This document shows, piece by piece, positions 62,825 to 64,000 of a stretch of 64,000 bases of DNA (its first letter is position 1; the number at the start of each line of letters is the position of its first letter). Below the pieces are notes generated by a model. The model ran no database searches. It saw nothing but the letters and a program-made list of their open reading frames with translations, and was not told the origin of the DNA. Origin of the DNA: Planctomycetota bacterium. GTDB lineage: Bacteria; Planctomycetota; Phycisphaerae; UBA1845. Position numbers and translations under genes: made by a program. The stretch spans positions 107-64,106 of the forward strand of contig JAJRPG010000051.1 of the NCBI GenBank assembly GCA_024280855.1, written 5' to 3'.

Positions 62825-63160
62825 TTACTGTCCGTAGACAGATTCAATAATGAATAGCTCGCATAGAACGCATGACGTCTCGCACGTTGAAGATTCGTTT
62901 GAATACTGGCATCCGAATTCGCATCCTTCAACAGATAAATCTATCGCTCGCCCTAAAGACCATCCCCTAGACCTCAATAGTAAATAGGCTTCAACGAAAT
63001 CATCAAACAGTTCTCCGCTGTGCGACCCAAGTGATTCACAATCTTCTCTGTCATCTTGCAAAGAAGCCCTGAAAGCAGATTGGTCAATAGTGGGAACTTC
63101 TGCGACCACTCCGCAACCCGACAGCATCACACATAATGCTAGAATTGTAAAAGTTTTCAT
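62825..63160 (-). CDS. Small hypothetical lipoprotein
   Basis: Signal peptide with lipobox (ALCVMLSGCGVV). 111 aa, acidic and Cys-containing. Confidence 0.45.
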   Translation of the reverse strand: MKTFTILALCVMLSGCGVVAEVPTIDQSAFRASLQDDREDCESLGSHSGELFDDFVEAYLLLRSRGWSLGRAIDLSVEGCEFGCQYSNESSTCETSCVLCELFIIESVYGQ

Positions 63161-63470
63161 CTCGTTATTTCCTAAATTCTTAAAGCCTAAATTCCATAAT
63201 TGTCGATGTAAAATGTTTCATTTTTTCATTGATATATAAACATAATCTTGATACAATCCACACGCTGAACGGCACTTGCCGTTGCCAGTCATATTCTCGC
63301 CGGTGGGGTCATGGAATTACCCTTCAAGGATGAAGGACACCGGCAGTCCTACATACTACGGGAGTCCACCTGTATGCCTGAATCTACGCCCGCAGAACGC
63401 ACAGTAATCCACGAATCCGATTCTCTTATGTTGGCCATCGGCTACTTAAATGATTTGGAAAAAATAGCAC

Positions 63471-63749
63471 TTACGCGGAAGCTTTTGAATCACGTTTCTT
63501 CTCGGATTCCTTCTTCATTTCCTCGACTATTGACACCGCCCACGCATCGAACGCATGAGAGAACCACTTTTGAATCCGTTTCTTGTCACCCATAAGCGCA
63601 GCTTCTCTCAAGTCAGGGGGGGCGAATGAAAACAGATACACCCCGGCATTCACTATACCTTGCTTGCTATAGCCTCGCTCATTAAGCGCCTTCATTTCCG
63701 CGATGGCGTCCGTCAGAAATTCGTAGGTTAATTTATTCCTGCTGCTCAT
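63471..63749 (-). CDS. Hypothetical small protein with a K/E-rich tail
   Basis: ATG-start ORF (MSSRNKLTYEF...). It is preferred over the overlapping plus-strand ORF 63311-63595 because of more protein-like composition. No family was recognised. Confidence 0.35.
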   Translation of the reverse strand: MSSRNKLTYEFLTDAIAEMKALNERGYSKQGIVNAGVYLFSFAPPDLREAALMGDKKRIQKWFSHAFDAWAVSIVEEMKKESEKKRDSKASA

Positions 63750-63842
63750 ATTTATATTATCCCTTCTCAAGCCCCGTCTGCCACCCCATAAAAAACTTGT
63801 AATTTACTTGACACCATACAAAGCATGTAATGAGCTTGGGGC

Positions 63843-64000
63843 ATGGCACACTTAGTATTTGAAAACCGACACAACGACAGATATTCGGACATTATTGACG
63901 TGGCAAGTTACTTCTCCAAGAAGTACGGATCACGCACGTTGGCTCTCGCTGTAATTATTCGCAACAGCAAAGAGTATTCCCAATACGAATTACAAAAGGA
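63843..64000 (+). CDS. Possible 5-prime end of a hypothetical gene running off the window
   Basis: The frame from the ATG at 63843 is open to the window end (MAHLVFENRHNDRYSDIIDVASYFSKKYGSRTLALAVIIRNSKEYSQYELQK). It is not in the ORF track. Confidence 0.25.
   Translation, partial: MAHLVFENRHNDRYSDIIDVASYFSKKYGSRTLALAVIIRNSKEYSQYELQK

Noticed and set aside
62611-62931. Minus-strand 106-aa ORF
   Set aside because: It overlaps the tRNA-Gln fragment and the 3-prime end of the lipoprotein gene 62825-63160 and has low-complexity composition. It is probably spurious.
63311-63595. Plus-strand 94-aa ORF
   Set aside because: It overlaps the minus-strand ORF 63471-63749, which has more protein-like composition. 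The two cannot be distinguished with certainty without expression data.
1-64000. Scan for CRISPR arrays, rRNA genes, transposases, integrases, reverse transcriptases and known multi-gene defence cassettes
   Set aside because: No regularly spaced direct repeats, rRNA-like sequence or ORFs with the corresponding catalytic motifs were seen. The only mobile-element-like signals are the short repeats and the tRNA fragment reported above.

Overview
This 64-kb window is a densely coded bacterial chromosome segment from a diderm organism. The gene content (LPS, BamA, Lnt and Lsp machinery, HEAT-repeat lipoproteins, a fused lpxC-fabZ, Lys-rich tails on housekeeping proteins, many non-ATG starts) suggests the PVC or Planctomycetota group, but that is only a guess.

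Most of the window is core housekeeping:
- thiG-thiS and moeA
- lnt, followed by an elongasome block (mreD-mrdA-rodA)
- ribD, lspA and a dksA-like gene
- tRNA-Gln(UUG), a glmU-like gene and prs
- a translation/replication block (rplY-pth-rpsF-ssb-rplI-dnaB)
- an outer-membrane and lipid A block (bamA-skp-lpxC/fabZ-lpxA-oxidoreductase)
- trxB, two large GT-C-like membrane proteins, a diadenylate cyclase and a methyltransferase
- pyruvate:ferredoxin oxidoreductase with a DHOD-like partner
- a WbaP-like sugar transferase and queC

The items most worth a second look:
1. A 972-aa secreted protein made of 27 tandem six-cysteine modules plus TSP3-like calcium repeats (11274-14192).
2. Tandem zinc-ribbon membrane paralogs that share a 56-bp identical block (2355-4013).
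3. LpxA carrying a C-terminal InlB-B-repeat-like domain.
4. A DksA-like protein with a histone-H1-like Lys-rich tail and a Cys/His-substituted finger.
5. Two intergenic repeat families, one MITE-like (about 175 bp) and one GC-rich palindromic.
6. An in-frame TAG that splits a secreted protein.
7. An AT-richer accessory tail (about 61.2-64 kb) with a 3-prime fragment of tRNA-Gln(CUG) and a three-gene MazF-like cassette.

I saw no CRISPR array, rRNA, transposase or integrase. All calls come from reading the ORF translations and the DNA by eye. No searches were run.
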